Source of the DNA: Candidatus Sulfomarinibacteraceae bacterium
GTDB taxonomy: Bacteria; Acidobacteriota; Thermoanaerobaculia; Thermoanaerobaculales; Sulfomarinibacteraceae
Assembly (NCBI GenBank): GCA_963796455.1
Contig: CAWCLO010000010.1
Coordinates: forward strand, 128,001-192,000
DNA length: 64,000 bases
Reading direction: 5' to 3'
Below the pieces are notes generated by a model. It saw nothing but the letters and a program-made list of their open reading frames with translations. It was not told the DNA's origin and did not search any database. The position numbers and the translations under genes were made by a program. Positions 33,496 to 44,200 of this stretch are shown piece after piece. Position 1 is the stretch's first letter. Every line of letters starts with the position of its first letter.

Positions 33496-34833
33496 ATGGC
33501 CCTGACCGGTTTTGCAGATCATTTCCGTGCCGCCTTTCCGGACCTCCTCGGAAACAAGGTGCTGGTCGCTCTTTCTGGAGGGCCCGACTCGGTCGCGCTG
33601 TTGCATCTTCTCGCTGAGGAAGATCTCCACCTCGAAATCGAGGCGGCACACGTGCACCACGGAGTCCGCGGCATCGAGGCCGACAACGACGCAGCCTTCT
33701 GCGAGACTTTGTGTCTCGAACGCGGAGTTCCTTTTCATACATCCAGGATCCAAGCCACCGGCCCCCTCGAGGACGGTCGCGAAGGAACCTGGAGAAAACT
33801 CCGCTACGACGCGCTGCTCGATCTCAAGAAGTCCCTCGCTGCGGTCGCAGTCGCTACAGGACACCATCGCGACGATGTCGCCGAGGGAGTGCTCGTGCAG
33901 CTGCTGCGAGGCGGCGGGCCGCGCGCCCTCGCCGGCATCGCACAACAGACATCACGGGGCGTAGCGCGCCCATTGTTGCCGTGGTCCCGACGGGAGATCG
34001 TCGATTACCTCACCGAGCGAAGAATCGCGTGGCGCGAGGACAGCTCCAATTCCGATCTCGATTTCCTCCGCAATCGAGTCCGCCACAAGGCATTGCCAGA
34101 GCTCGAAAAGATGAGCCCATCGTTACGGGACCACCTCGTGCACCTTGCCAACGCCCTGGCTTCGAGCGAGGCCTACCTTGCCACTGAAGTGGCCGCAAGG
34201 GCCGGATGGATAGATCCCTGGGAACCCGAGGGTGGCGTCGCGGTTGAAACGATCAGCGGTCTCGCACCGCCTCTTCGTGCGCGATGGTTGCACGCTCAGG
34301 CACGCCGCGTCGGGCTCGCACGGGTGACAAGGGCCCAACTCGCCCTTTTCGAAGGCTTGATCCGGGATGGAGAGCCCCGTGCCGTGACGCTCGGCGGCCG
34401 ATGGGCGATCCGACAGGCCCGGGGCCGGCTCTGGCTCGAACCGCCGCTGCTGCCAGAGGAATACGCCATCAACCTCAGCAGAGGAGAAACGATCGATCTT
34501 CCGCTCAAAGGATGGAGCGTCGGAATCAGGGACGGTGGTGCGCCTGAAGAAACCGTTCGCTGGTCGCTGACGGTGAGCCGGGGATCGGTGGTGACCGTCC
34601 GATCGCCAAGAACCGATGATCAGATTTCGGTGTCGGGCGGGACGATCACTCTCAGTAACATTTTGGCGCAAAAACTGCCGCGCCATCTCCGCCGATCATG
34701 GCCCGTATGCTGCGAAGATGATAAAATTTATTGGATTCCAGGAGTCTGGCGGGACCCGGTGCGTTTATACTCCGAGGGCCCTGTATTGGAGGTGATGCGT
34801 CGTGAGCGACCTGCGAGTAATCTACAGCGCTGA
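33496..34833 (+). CDS. tilS: tRNA(Ile)-lysidine synthetase
   Basis: VALSGGPDS, HVHHGVR, TGHHRDD, EDSSN...RNRVRH. Confidence 0.95.
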   Translation: MALTGFADHFRAAFPDLLGNKVLVALSGGPDSVALLHLLAEEDLHLEIEAAHVHHGVRGIEADNDAAFCETLCLERGVPFHTSRIQATGPLEDGREGTWRKLRYDALLDLKKSLAAVAVATGHHRDDVAEGVLVQLLRGGGPRALAGIAQQTSRGVARPLLPWSRREIVDYLTERRIAWREDSSNSDLDFLRNRVRHKALPELEKMSPSLRDHLVHLANALASSEAYLATEVAARAGWIDPWEPEGGVAVETISGLAPPLRARWLHAQARRVGLARVTRAQLALFEGLIRDGEPRAVTLGGRWAIRQARGRLWLEPPLLPEEYAINLSRGETIDLPLKGWSVGIRDGGAPEETVRWSLTVSRGSVVTVRSPRTDDQISVSGGTITLSNILAQKLPRHLRRSWPVCCEDDKIYWIPGVWRDPVRLYSEGPVLEVMRRERPASNLQR

Positions 34834-35323
34834 GCAGATCAGCGAGCGCGTCAAAAAGGTCGCCGAAGCCATCGCCGCAGACTACGCAGATCGTGAGCTG
34901 GTTTTGGTGGGCATGCTCAAGGGAGCGGCCTTCTTCCTCGCCGATCTGGCACGGGAGATGCCCCGTCCCATCGATTACGAATTTGTCGCGGTCACGTCGT
35001 CCATCGGCGCTCACGGTGAGGTGGTCAGCCTGACCTTTGCCACTCGGGTCGACGTCACCGACCGTCATGTCCTCGTTCTGAAAGACGTCTTTCATTCCGG
35101 AATCACCGAGAATTATCTCATCACACACCTCAGCCAACAGAACCCGGCCTCGATCGAGGTCGTCGCGCTGGTCGACAAACCACAGCTGCGGAGTGTCAAC
35201 CTGAACGCGCGGTACTCAGTCTTTGACGATGCACCGGACGGCTTTCTCGTCGGCTATGGTCTCGGGCCCGGACACGGCGAACACACGAACCGACCGGATC
35301 TCTGCGTCATCGAAGAAGATTGA
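34802..35323 (+). CDS. hpt: Hypoxanthine phosphoribosyltransferase homologue with altered PRPP loop
   Basis: tilS-hpt-ftsH synteny; GMLKGAAFFLADL and FLVGYGL; PRPP loop reads VLVLKDVFHSGIT. Confidence 0.8.
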   Translation: MSDLRVIYSAEQISERVKKVAEAIAADYADRELVLVGMLKGAAFFLADLAREMPRPIDYEFVAVTSSIGAHGEVVSLTFATRVDVTDRHVLVLKDVFHSGITENYLITHLSQQNPASIEVVALVDKPQLRSVNLNARYSVFDDAPDGFLVGYGLGPGHGEHTNRPDLCVIEED

Positions 35324-35414
35324 AAGACCGGGGCAAAGAGGGAACAATCCCGGTGGTCGGCGGGTTCTCCCAAGCGCCCGACACAGATCGAAGGGCGCCG
35401 GAGGGTAGCGAAGA

Positions 35415-37301
35415 GTGAATCAAACTGTACGAACCGTTCTGATGTGGATCGTCATCCTTGTCGGCGTCCTGCTGATTCTGCAGGTGCTGAGGGGCTACAA
35501 CACCACCAGTCGTGATATCTCCTTTTCTGAATTCTTGGATCGGGTCGCCGACGACGAAGTCCAGCGCGTCCTGATCAAGGGCGATGAGATATTCATCCGT
35601 TCCAATGCCGCTCTCGAGGAGTCCGCGGCGAGCCCGCGCTATGACCTGCAGACCTACAACCCCGGCTACGACGACCTGATTTCCGAGCTTCGGGCACAGG
35701 AAGTCGAGATCAAGGTCGAAAAGCCGGCGGACGGCCGCATGCTGACGGCCCTACTGTCGTGGGCACCCCTCCTGATTCTGGTTGGTCTGTGGTTTGTCTT
35801 CTTCCGGCAGATGCAGTCCGGTGGGACCAAGGCCATGTCCTTTGGCAAATCGAAGGCGAGGCTTCTGACCCCCGACCAGAAGACCGTCACCTTTGCCGAC
35901 GTTGCCGGGGTCAACGAGGCCAAGGAAGAACTCGAGGAGATCATCGATTTCCTCAAGGATCCGAAAAAGTTCACCCGGCTCGGGGGCAAAATTCCGAAGG
36001 GAGTGCTTCTGATGGGCTCTCCCGGAACCGGAAAAACCCTGCTTGCAAAAGCTGTTGCCGGTGAGGCCGGTGTGCCGTTCTTCTCGATCTCCGGATCCGA
36101 TTTCGTGGAGATGTTTGTCGGCGTCGGTGCCTCGAGAGTCCGTGACCTTTTCGAGCAGGGCAAAAAGAACGCACCGTGCATCATCTTCATCGATGAGATC
36201 GACGCGGTCGGACGCCACCGAGGCGCCGGTCTCGGCGGCGGTCACGACGAGCGCGAACAGACACTCAATCAACTCCTGGTGGAAATGGACGGTTTTGAAA
36301 GCAACGAGGGCGTGATCCTCATCTCCGCCACCAACCGTCCCGATGTGCTCGACCCGGCGCTGCTGCGGCCGGGCCGCTTTGATCGGCGGATCGTGGTCAA
36401 CCCCCCGGACGTCAAGGGCCGGGAGGGGATCCTCAAGGTCCACACCACCGAAATCCCGCTCGCATCCGATGTCGACATGGTGGTGATCGCCCGCTCGACA
36501 CCCGGTTTCTCGGGGGCCGACATTGCCAACCTGGTCAATGAGGCGGCCCTCCGTGCGGCGCGATTCAACAAGATGAAGGTGGACATGGCGGATTTCGAGT
36601 TCGCCAAAGACAAGGTCATGATGGGGTCGGAACGACGATCGCTGGTCATGTCCGAAGAGGAAAAGCGTCTTACTGCCTATCACGAGGCGGGCCATGCGCT
36701 GGTGGCCGTCCTGGTGCCCGAGGCCGACCCGCTGCACAAAGTGACCATCATCCCGCGCGGTATGGCTCTCGGTCTGACCCAACAGCTACCGCTCGAAGAC
36801 CGCTACACCTACGCCAGGAGCTATCTCGAGGCCAACCTCCAGGTCCTGATGGGCGGCAGGCTGGCCGAGGAATTGATCTTTGGTCCCAACCAGATGACGA
36901 CCGGAGCCGGCAACGATCTCGAACGAGCCACCGAACTGGCACGAAAGATGGTCTGCGAGTGGGGCATGTCGAAGACGATGGGGCCGCTCACATACGGTAA
37001 ACGAGAAGAGTCCATCTTTCTCGGCAAAGAATTCTCTCGTCACCAGGATTATTCGGATGCGACCGCGGTTCAAATCGATGACGAGATCCGGAGCTTCATC
37101 ACCACGGCCTATGAGAATGCAAACAGGATCATCAAAGGCCATGTCGCGGCCCTTGAGGCGATCGCCTCCGCCCTCCTCGAGCACGAGGTCCTCGATGGTG
37201 GCGAAATCTACGATCTTCTCGGAAAGAATTCCGATGTCGATGTCGAGGCCATCAAGCGCAACAAGGAACGAGCCGAAACGGAGGTGACGGGATCGGCGTG
37301 A
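35415..37301 (+). CDS. ftsH: ATP-dependent zinc metalloprotease FtsH
   Basis: [18 protein letters not shown] motif, HEAGH. Confidence 0.98.
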   Translation: MNQTVRTVLMWIVILVGVLLILQVLRGYNTTSRDISFSEFLDRVADDEVQRVLIKGDEIFIRSNAALEESAASPRYDLQTYNPGYDDLISELRAQEVEIKVEKPADGRMLTALLSWAPLLILVGLWFVFFRQMQSGGTKAMSFGKSKARLLTPDQKTVTFADVAGVNEAKEELEEIIDFLKDPKKFTRLGGKIPKGVLLMGSPGTGKTLLAKAVAGEAGVPFFSISGSDFVEMFVGVGASRVRDLFEQGKKNAPCIIFIDEIDAVGRHRGAGLGGGHDEREQTLNQLLVEMDGFESNEGVILISATNRPDVLDPALLRPGRFDRRIVVNPPDVKGREGILKVHTTEIPLASDVDMVVIARSTPGFSGADIANLVNEAALRAARFNKMKVDMADFEFAKDKVMMGSERRSLVMSEEEKRLTAYHEAGHALVAVLVPEADPLHKVTIIPRGMALGLTQQLPLEDRYTYARSYLEANLQVLMGGRLAEELIFGPNQMTTGAGNDLERATELARKMVCEWGMSKTMGPLTYGKREESIFLGKEFSRHQDYSDATAVQIDDEIRSFITTAYENANRIIKGHVAALEAIASALLEHEVLDGGEIYDLLGKNSDVDVEAIKRNKERAETEVTGSA

Positions 37302-38152
37302 TCGTAGGGAAACCCGGGCGCCAGCTGCGCCTCGATCGGCTCTGGCCGCGAATGCGACCGGCTGTCATGGGCATCCTCAATTGCACCCCTGATTCTTTCT
37401 CTGATGGTGGTCTTCACCAGTCCTTTGAAGACGCAGTCGACCACGCCGCCTCTCTGATCGGGTTCGGCGCATCGATCATCGATGTCGGCGGCGAGAGCAC
37501 CCGTCCCGGCGCTCAGCCGGTAACCGCCCGAGAGGAGCGTGACCGCGTCATTCCGGTCATCCGGGAACTTCGGTCTCGATGGCCCGAGGTCGTTCTTTCG
37601 GTCGACACATCGAAGCCCGAGGTCGCTCGAGGGGCGCTTGCCCAGGGCGCCGATCTGGTCAACGACGTGACCGCGGCCGCAGACCACGCCATGCTCGAGC
37701 TCGTTGCGGCAGAAGGCGCCGGAATCGTTCTCATGCACATGCGTGGCGAACCGCGCACCATGCAAACAGACACCACCTACGACCACGTCGTGGCCGAAGT
37801 CCACGAATTCCTGAGGAGTCGCGCCGCAGCAGCGGTGGCGGCCGGCATCCCCGCACGACACGTCTGGCTCGATCCCGGCATAGGCTTCGGCAAGGACGAC
37901 GATGCGAATCTCGCCCTGCTGGCGGCCCTGCCCGATCTCGCGGCCCTCGGACACCCGGTGCTCTCAGGTCCTTCAAACAAGAGTTTCATCGGTCGACTGA
38001 CCGGCGCCGAGACCCATGATCGCCTTGCCGGGACTCTTGCCGCACTCATCCCGGTGCTAGGTATCCGGAGGTCGGTCGTGCGGGTTCACGACGCCGCAGC
38101 AGCGGTCCAGTTCCTCGAGGTCGCGAGCCGAATCAACGAGGCCCACCCATGA
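37298..38152 (+). CDS. folP: Dihydropteroate synthase
   Basis: [38 protein letters not shown]. Confidence 0.96.
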   Translation: MIVGKPGRQLRLDRLWPRMRPAVMGILNCTPDSFSDGGLHQSFEDAVDHAASLIGFGASIIDVGGESTRPGAQPVTAREERDRVIPVIRELRSRWPEVVLSVDTSKPEVARGALAQGADLVNDVTAAADHAMLELVAAEGAGIVLMHMRGEPRTMQTDTTYDHVVAEVHEFLRSRAAAAVAAGIPARHVWLDPGIGFGKDDDANLALLAALPDLAALGHPVLSGPSNKSFIGRLTGAETHDRLAGTLAALIPVLGIRRSVVRVHDAAAAVQFLEVASRINEAHP

Positions 38153-38955
38153 ATTGGCTGCTCGGGATGTTGCGCGAGTTGACCGACCTCCAGGTGTCGA
38201 TCGCCGATCTGGCCGATATTCTGACGGTCGCACTGCTGATCTATGCGTTGCTCGTCCTGCTCAGGGGCACGCGCGCGATGCAGATGCTGTGGGGGCTCGT
38301 GATCATCGTCGCGCTCTGGCTGGCCGCCTCGACCCTCAAATTGATTACCCTCACGACGATTCTCACCAATCTTTTGACCTTTTTGCCGTTTGCAATCATC
38401 GTGCTCTTCCAACAGGAGATCCGCCGCATGTTGACCGCATTCGGATCCACCGCGATCTTCCGCTGGGGCCGTCGCCCTGAGGAAGGCCCCGTGATGCTCA
38501 ACGAGCTCGCCCTCGCCGTCCAGGCGTTGGCCTCGCGGCGGATCGGAGCGCTGATCGTCATCGAACGCCGCGACTCCCTCAACTCATGGGCGGACACCGG
38601 AATCCCGCTCGAAGCAAGATTCTCCTACGATCTGCTCCTCAACATCTTCATCCCCGGGACACCACTGCACGATGGTGCCGTCATCATCCGGGGAAGCCAG
38701 ATCGTGGCCGCATCGTGCTTTCTCCCCCTGACCACGAGTCACGAGCTGTCGACCGAGCTCGGAACCCGCCACCGCGCCGCCCTCGGTATGACCGAGGAGA
38801 CCGACGGCCTGGTGGTCGTCGTTTCCGAGGAAACGGGCACCATCTCTCTGGCGGTTGAAGAGCAGTTGCTGAGGCCCCTCGACGAAACCACTCTCCGCAA
38901 CGCTCTTGCGGAACACCTCTTTCAAACCCACAGATTTGAACAGGCGGCCGACTGA
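38149..38955 (+). CDS. cdaA: Diadenylate cyclase CdaA
   Basis: Three TMs, LFQQEIRR, LHDGA, GTRHRAA, VSEETG. Confidence 0.95.
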   Translation: MNWLLGMLRELTDLQVSIADLADILTVALLIYALLVLLRGTRAMQMLWGLVIIVALWLAASTLKLITLTTILTNLLTFLPFAIIVLFQQEIRRMLTAFGSTAIFRWGRRPEEGPVMLNELALAVQALASRRIGALIVIERRDSLNSWADTGIPLEARFSYDLLLNIFIPGTPLHDGAVIIRGSQIVAASCFLPLTTSHELSTELGTRHRAALGMTEETDGLVVVVSEETGTISLAVEEQLLRPLDETTLRNALAEHLFQTHRFEQAAD

Positions 38956-39638
38956 TGCTGCGCCCACGCTATCCTCTGCAATTCCTGGTCGCACTGATTG
39001 CTGCGTTCCTCCTCTGGTACGCCCTCGCCGCTCAGAGAAGCGAAAATATCTCGGTTCGCGGCGTCAAGGCGCGGCTGACTCTGGTCAATATCCCGCGCGA
39101 TCTCGTCCTCACCTCGAGCGTGCCGGATACTGTGTCGCTGCAACTTCGAGGCCCGCTCACCAGAACTCTTGATTCGAGCAACCCCCCGGAGGTCCTGCTC
39201 GATCTGGCCGACGCCAGACCGGGCCTCAACTCCTACCCGATCAACGAGAGCGACATCCCGCTTCCGGCGGAGGTCGACGTGGTGAGCGTCGATCCGTCGG
39301 CGATCACTCTCGAGCTGGAACGACAGGAATCGCGACTGGTGCTGGTGCGCCCGGTCATCGACGGTGTCCCGGCGGCAGGATTTGTCCTCGGCGAAATTCT
39401 CATCGTCCCGACTCACTACACGATCCAGGGCCCCGAATCCAGGCTCCTGGCCTTGGAGTATGTCGAGACCAATCAGATATCCATCGAGGGAGCCACCGCG
39501 CCGGTCGACGTCGTGGTCCAACCGCTCATCCCCGACCCCTTGTTGCGCGCCCTCGGCATCGGTCAGATCCAGATCACCATCGACATCGTGCCCGAGACGC
39601 CACCCGAGGACGAGACCGCCGCCGAGGACGAGAGCTGA
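38955..39638 (+). CDS. cdaR: CdaR/YbbR-like regulator
   Basis: N-terminal TM plus YbbR-like beta domains, between cdaA and glmM. Confidence 0.85.
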   Translation: MLRPRYPLQFLVALIAAFLLWYALAAQRSENISVRGVKARLTLVNIPRDLVLTSSVPDTVSLQLRGPLTRTLDSSNPPEVLLDLADARPGLNSYPINESDIPLPAEVDVVSVDPSAITLELERQESRLVLVRPVIDGVPAAGFVLGEILIVPTHYTIQGPESRLLALEYVETNQISIEGATAPVDVVVQPLIPDPLLRALGIGQIQITIDIVPETPPEDETAAEDES

Positions 39639-39696
39639 GTGGTGGTGTCGATCAAGGGGATTTCCCCAACATTCGTGCCGAACACTCCGGTGTCTC

Positions 39697-41025
39697 ATGG
39701 ATAAACTCTTTGGCACGGATGGTATCCGCGGGAGGGCCTATGAGGCGCCACTCGACGAAGCAACCGTTTGTCGTCTCGGGGTGGCTCTGGCCAGGGATCT
39801 TTCCGCCGAAAAAGAAGCACCCTGCATTTTGCTCGCCGGAGATACCCGCGCATCCACGACCGAAATCGCCCAGTGGCTTGCATCCGGATATCAGGCGGCC
39901 GGCGGGCGAGTCACCTGGGCCGGGGTTCTCCCCACGCCCGCAGTTTCACAATTCCTATGCGACAGCGGATGTTCGGCCGGGGTCGTGATTTCGGCATCTC
40001 ACAACCCTGCCCACGACAACGGCATCAAGATCCTCGGCCCCGGAGGCGAAAAGCTCGCCGATGATCGCGAACAACACCTCGAGGATCGTCTCGACGAGAC
40101 TGAAGTCCTGGTCGGGCCGGGTCTGCCCGAAATCGATGACTCTTTCCGCTCGCGCTACCTCGATCTTCTGGTCGCGACCCACGACACGGAGCACCCACTC
40201 GATGGTCTTCACGTGGTTGTCGATGCCGCAAACGGCGCCGCCTCAGGCTTGGCACAGGAGTATCTGGAGCGACTCGGCGCACGCGTTTCGAGTGTGGCTT
40301 CCGAGCCCGATGGTCTGAACATCAATGCCGAATGTGGTGCAACCGCGCCACATCTGCTCGCCGACAAGGTGCGCGAACTTGGTGCCGACGGCGGGATCGC
40401 ACTCGACGGCGACGCCGATCGTGCGGTCCTGGTGGACGAAAAGGCGACGATTCTCGACGGTGACGACATTCTCCTCGCCTGGGCGCGTGATCTCAAAAGC
40501 AACGATCAGCTTCCCGACGGACGGGTCGTCGCCACCGTCATGAGCAACTTCGGTCTCGAACGCACCCTGGGTGAAGAGGGCATGGAAATGATCCGATGTC
40601 CGGTCGGCGACCGGGCAGTTTGGATGACAATGAAGGCGAATGGCTCCGCCCTCGGTGGAGAACAGTCGGGGCACATCATCTGTTCGCGCTACGGCGTGTC
40701 AGGAGACGGCCTGTTGACCGGGAGCCACCTGCTGGCCATCGCCGCCAAACGCGGCATTCCGGTCTCGGCTCTGTCAAACCTCGAGCGTCTGCCGCAGATT
40801 CTGCTCAACGTGCAGGTCGCAAAGAAACTGCCCTTCGACGATCTCCCGACGGTCACCCACCATCTGGCCGAGACCAATCATCGCCTCTATCATCGGGGAA
40901 GGGTTCTCCTCCGGTACTCGGGAACCGAACCGCTCGCCCGGGTCATGATCGAGGGCGAGGATGCGGACGAGATCCAGGATCTGGCCGAGATTCTCGCCGC
41001 CGCGATCGAGTCCGAGCTCGGTTGA
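39697..41025 (+). CDS. glmM: Phosphoglucosamine mutase
   Basis: LFGTDGIRG, ISASHNP, DGDADR, GGEQSGH, RYSGTEP; start at ATG 39697. Confidence 0.96.
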   Translation: MDKLFGTDGIRGRAYEAPLDEATVCRLGVALARDLSAEKEAPCILLAGDTRASTTEIAQWLASGYQAAGGRVTWAGVLPTPAVSQFLCDSGCSAGVVISASHNPAHDNGIKILGPGGEKLADDREQHLEDRLDETEVLVGPGLPEIDDSFRSRYLDLLVATHDTEHPLDGLHVVVDAANGAASGLAQEYLERLGARVSSVASEPDGLNINAECGATAPHLLADKVRELGADGGIALDGDADRAVLVDEKATILDGDDILLAWARDLKSNDQLPDGRVVATVMSNFGLERTLGEEGMEMIRCPVGDRAVWMTMKANGSALGGEQSGHIICSRYGVSGDGLLTGSHLLAIAAKRGIPVSALSNLERLPQILLNVQVAKKLPFDDLPTVTHHLAETNHRLYHRGRVLLRYSGTEPLARVMIEGEDADEIQDLAEILAAAIESELG

Positions 41026-41094
41026 GTTCGGGAGTTCTGAAAGAAAGGGTGATTCGCCCGGCCGCTCGATACTCGATGCTGGATACTCGATGCA

Positions 41095-41535
41095 GGATCA
41101 CTGCTGTCCAAAATAGATCGTCACCTGAAGTTTCCCACCTGACATCGCGTGGTTTACGGGTGGGTTTTTGGCATATCCGGTTCGCGGTTGCCCGTGTCCG
41201 TGCCCGCGTCCGCGTCCGAATTCCAGCGGCAGCGACAGTGTCCAGGGGCAGCGACAGGGATCAACGATCAGAGGCAGAGATCAGGGGCAGCGACGGCGTG
41301 ATCACCTCCGGGTCGTTCAATAGAAGGAACAGCCGTTGTCGTGTCGGCGTCTCGCCTGCACACCGTGCGGCCGAGACGGCCGCACCACCAAGGGCGGAGT
41401 CCCGAAGAAATAAGTGCTCTTCACTGTCCCGGCCGCTGATCGCTGACGCTGATGACTGAACACTGCCGCTGGCGACTGTTCGCTGCCGCTGCCCCTGAAC
41501 GCTATCCGAGACTCTGTCTTGGACAAGAGTGATGC
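41095..41535. mobile_element. Complete gene-less (MITE-like) derivative of the four-helix-bundle cassette
   Basis: Both ends homologous to the 24.3-25.2 kb cassette; imperfect TIRs GGATCACTGCTGTCCAAAATAGA and (rc) GCATCACTCTTGTCCAAGACAGA; ORF replaced by a REP-like doublet; outer CTSGATR heptamers. Confidence 0.75.
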
Positions 41536-41668
41536 TGGATGCTGGATCCAGACGTCGAGGTCTATTTCGAACCCGAGCCCGTTGCCGTTGCCGTTGCCGT
41601 TGCCGAAGGGGCAAGCGAAAAAGTTGAACCACCCCACTGATTTCGAACTCAAGCGAATGTCGCCTCCC

Positions 41669-41825
41669 GATGTCATCCTGAGCGGAGCGCCTTCGGCGCG
41701 AAGTCGAAGGACCCGTTCGACTCGCGCTGCTCGCTCAGGGCAGGTTCTGCGGTTTGATGTCTTTTCGTTTCATCTCATAGATCCTTCGACTACGCCCCTG
41801 TGGGGGCTTCGCTCAGGATGACATC
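41669..41825. repeat. Palindromic REP/MITE-like element GATGTCATCCTGAGC...GCTCAGGATGACATC, copy 1
   Basis: Terminal inverted repeat plus inner gtcgaagga/tccttcgac pair; second copy at 46003. Confidence 0.85.
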
Positions 41826-41940
41826 TTGAACGACAGTGCCGATCCGGATCCCGATCCCGTTCCCGAATGCGAAAACGAGCCGCCACATGGAGGGGGGCAG
41901 ATGGGCTGAAAAGCGAGTGCCCATGTGATAAGGGTCGGGT

Positions 41941-42122
41941 CTCCTCTGCTCCTCTCTTGCTCCTCGTCTGCTCCTCTGCTCCTTTCCTCTGCTCCTCTGC
42001 TCCTCTGCTCCTCTGCTCCTCTGCTCCTCTGCTCCTCTGCTCCTCTGCTCCTCTGCTCCTCTGCTCCTCTGCTCCTCTGCTCCTCTGCTCCTCTGCTCCT
42101 CTGCTCCTCTGCTCCTCTGCTC
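41941..42122. repeat. Octamer microsatellite (CTCCTCTG)n, roughly 22 units
   Basis: Seen directly; preceded by GTGATAAGGGTCGGGT. Confidence 0.95.
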
Positions 42123-42165
42123 TCCCGGAAGGCGTTACAATCCCAAACCGAAACAGGGAGGAACG

Positions 42166-43005
42166 ATGCCCGAAGCGATCAACGGTGAGGTCACGATTCA
42201 CTATCTCGACGAGGGCACCGGCGAAACAGTGCTTCTGATCCACGGTCACACCCAGGACCGACGGATCTTTGATCCGATGATGGGATCACTCATCGGTGAG
42301 GGGCTGAGGGTCATCCGACCCGACCTCAGAGGCCACGGCAAAAGCACCCGCCCTGACTCCGGCTATCACCACTCCCATCACGCCTCCGATATGTTGGCGG
42401 TTCTCGACGCGGCCGACGTCCATCGCGCTTCGGTCCTTGGTTATTCGGTAGGCGGCGCGATTGCGCTCGAGATGGCCATCACCCATCCCGATCGGGTCGC
42501 CGGTCTCGTGCTCGCCTCAACGGTGATGCCGGATCGCCCATTCGAGCCCGAATTCATGGACTGCCTTCGGCAAGTCGCCCGGGTGGCGCGCACCGAGGGA
42601 ATCGCCGCCGCCATGGAAGGAGCCTGGGGTGAGTGTCCGCTCTTCACGCATTCCTTCACCAAAGCGGAGGTCCGCGAAGCAGCGGAGGCGATCACCCGGG
42701 ACTTTCCTGGAGCTGAGTATCTCGCGACCGCGCGGGATCACGTCGAACGTTCGTGGACGGTTCCCGATAGGCTCTCCGAAATTGACGTCCCCACCATCGT
42801 GTTGGCGGGCGACAGCGAGACACCGGGGTTCATCAAATTTGCCGAAGAAGCTGCGGCCGGCATCCCCGGTTCCCGGCTCGAACTCCTGGTCGACTGCGGT
42901 CACCTCCTGCCTCTCGAGGCACCCGACCGGCTCGCCCAGGCGATTCTCGATGCCACGCAAACCGACGATCCCAACGCGACACAACCAATTTCTCAACGGC
43001 TTTAA
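42166..43005 (+). CDS. Alpha/beta-fold hydrolase
   Basis: LIHGH, DLRGHGKS, GYSVGG nucleophile elbow, CGHLLPLE; GGAGG RBS. Confidence 0.92.
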   Translation: MPEAINGEVTIHYLDEGTGETVLLIHGHTQDRRIFDPMMGSLIGEGLRVIRPDLRGHGKSTRPDSGYHHSHHASDMLAVLDAADVHRASVLGYSVGGAIALEMAITHPDRVAGLVLASTVMPDRPFEPEFMDCLRQVARVARTEGIAAAMEGAWGECPLFTHSFTKAEVREAAEAITRDFPGAEYLATARDHVERSWTVPDRLSEIDVPTIVLAGDSETPGFIKFAEEAAAGIPGSRLELLVDCGHLLPLEAPDRLAQAILDATQTDDPNATQPISQRL

Positions 43006-43109
43006 GCCTTACGCAACCCGCATTTTCCAGGCCGAAAAAACAATCGGGAACGGGATCGGGTACGGATTGGTTACACTCTTCGCTCGTTGAACGGAATGCA
43101 GGAGGACCC

Positions 43110-44174
43110 ATGGCGCTCACACAACAGTTGATTCTTGAAAAACTCCACAATATCCCGGCTCCCAACGGTGCTGGATCTCTGGTCGAGGCCGGAGCGGTGC
43201 GCGGCATCGAAATCGACGGAGACTCGGTCAAGGTGACCCTTGCCGTCGAGGCCCCGCAGCCCAACGTTGCAGGCGAAGTGAAAAAGATCGTCGAAGAGCT
43301 GCTTGCGACGATGGATGAGGTCGGCAGTGCCGAGGTCACCGTCCACCCCTTGCTCGCCACGGTTCAGGCGCGACCCGCAGCCGAGCCGGAACCGCCACCA
43401 ACCTGGGAGGACAAGATTCCCGGGATCAAACACGTCATCGCGGTCGCTTCGGGCAAGGGAGGCGTCGGAAAATCCACAGTCTCCGCGAACCTCGCGCTGG
43501 CCCTGACTTCGCTCGGCCACTCGGTCGGCCTCCTCGATGCGGACATTTACGGACCATCACAACAGATGATGATGGGCACCATGATCGAACCGACAGGCGA
43601 TCCCGAAGGCAAGATCCAGCCGGCGACCGCCGACGGCGGCGTCAAGGTCATGTCCTTCGGTTTTTTGGTCGATCCCGACCAACCGGTCATATGGCGTGGT
43701 CCGATGCTGCAGAAGGCGCTCGAACAATTTGTTGGAGATGTGGCCTGGGGAGAACTCGACTTCCTTGTGGTCGATCTTCCGCCCGGCACCGGCGACGTGG
43801 CGCTGACTCTGTGCCAGAACGTGCCGATGGCCGGGACAGTGATCGTCACGACCCCGCAGGATGTGGCCCTGATCGACGCCCGCAAGGGCCTTCACATGTT
43901 TCGCAAGCTCGAGATCCCGGTCCTCGGCATCATCGAGAACATGGCCTCCTTCGCGTGTCCCGAGTGCGGACACCTGGAGCACATCTTTGGCGAGGGCGGC
44001 GGGAGCCGCACCGCCAAGGAGCTGGAAGTGCCGTTCCTGGGTTCCATCCCGCTCGATCCAGCGGTGGTTGTCGGCGGTGACGAGGGCAAACCGGTGGTCA
44101 CGTCGCGTCCGGACTCGCCGACCGCGCAGGCCTTTATCCAGCTCGCGAAAACGCTGGTGGAACAGATCGGATAA
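43110..44174 (+). CDS. apbC: Mrp/NBP35 Fe-S cluster carrier ATPase
   Basis: SGKGGVGKST, DADIYGPS, WRGPM, DLPPGTGD, ENMASFACPEC. Confidence 0.95.
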   Translation: MALTQQLILEKLHNIPAPNGAGSLVEAGAVRGIEIDGDSVKVTLAVEAPQPNVAGEVKKIVEELLATMDEVGSAEVTVHPLLATVQARPAAEPEPPPTWEDKIPGIKHVIAVASGKGGVGKSTVSANLALALTSLGHSVGLLDADIYGPSQQMMMGTMIEPTGDPEGKIQPATADGGVKVMSFGFLVDPDQPVIWRGPMLQKALEQFVGDVAWGELDFLVVDLPPGTGDVALTLCQNVPMAGTVIVTTPQDVALIDARKGLHMFRKLEIPVLGIIENMASFACPECGHLEHIFGEGGGSRTAKELEVPFLGSIPLDPAVVVGGDEGKPVVTSRPDSPTAQAFIQLAKTLVEQIG

Positions 44175-44200
44175 CGATCGCTTCAGCGGCATGTCCGGAC

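Noticed and set aside
38149..41025. cdaA-cdaR-glmM as a novel system
   Set aside because: Well-known conserved c-di-AMP operon.
41941..42122. Possible CRISPR array (also 46206-46370)
   Set aside because: Contiguous 8-nt tandem units with no unique spacers, and no cas genes in the window.
41770..42249. ORFs with repeating RGAEEQRS or LLCSSAP peptides (also 46074-46539)
   Set aside because: Translation artefacts of the octamer microsatellites; no RBS or coding character.
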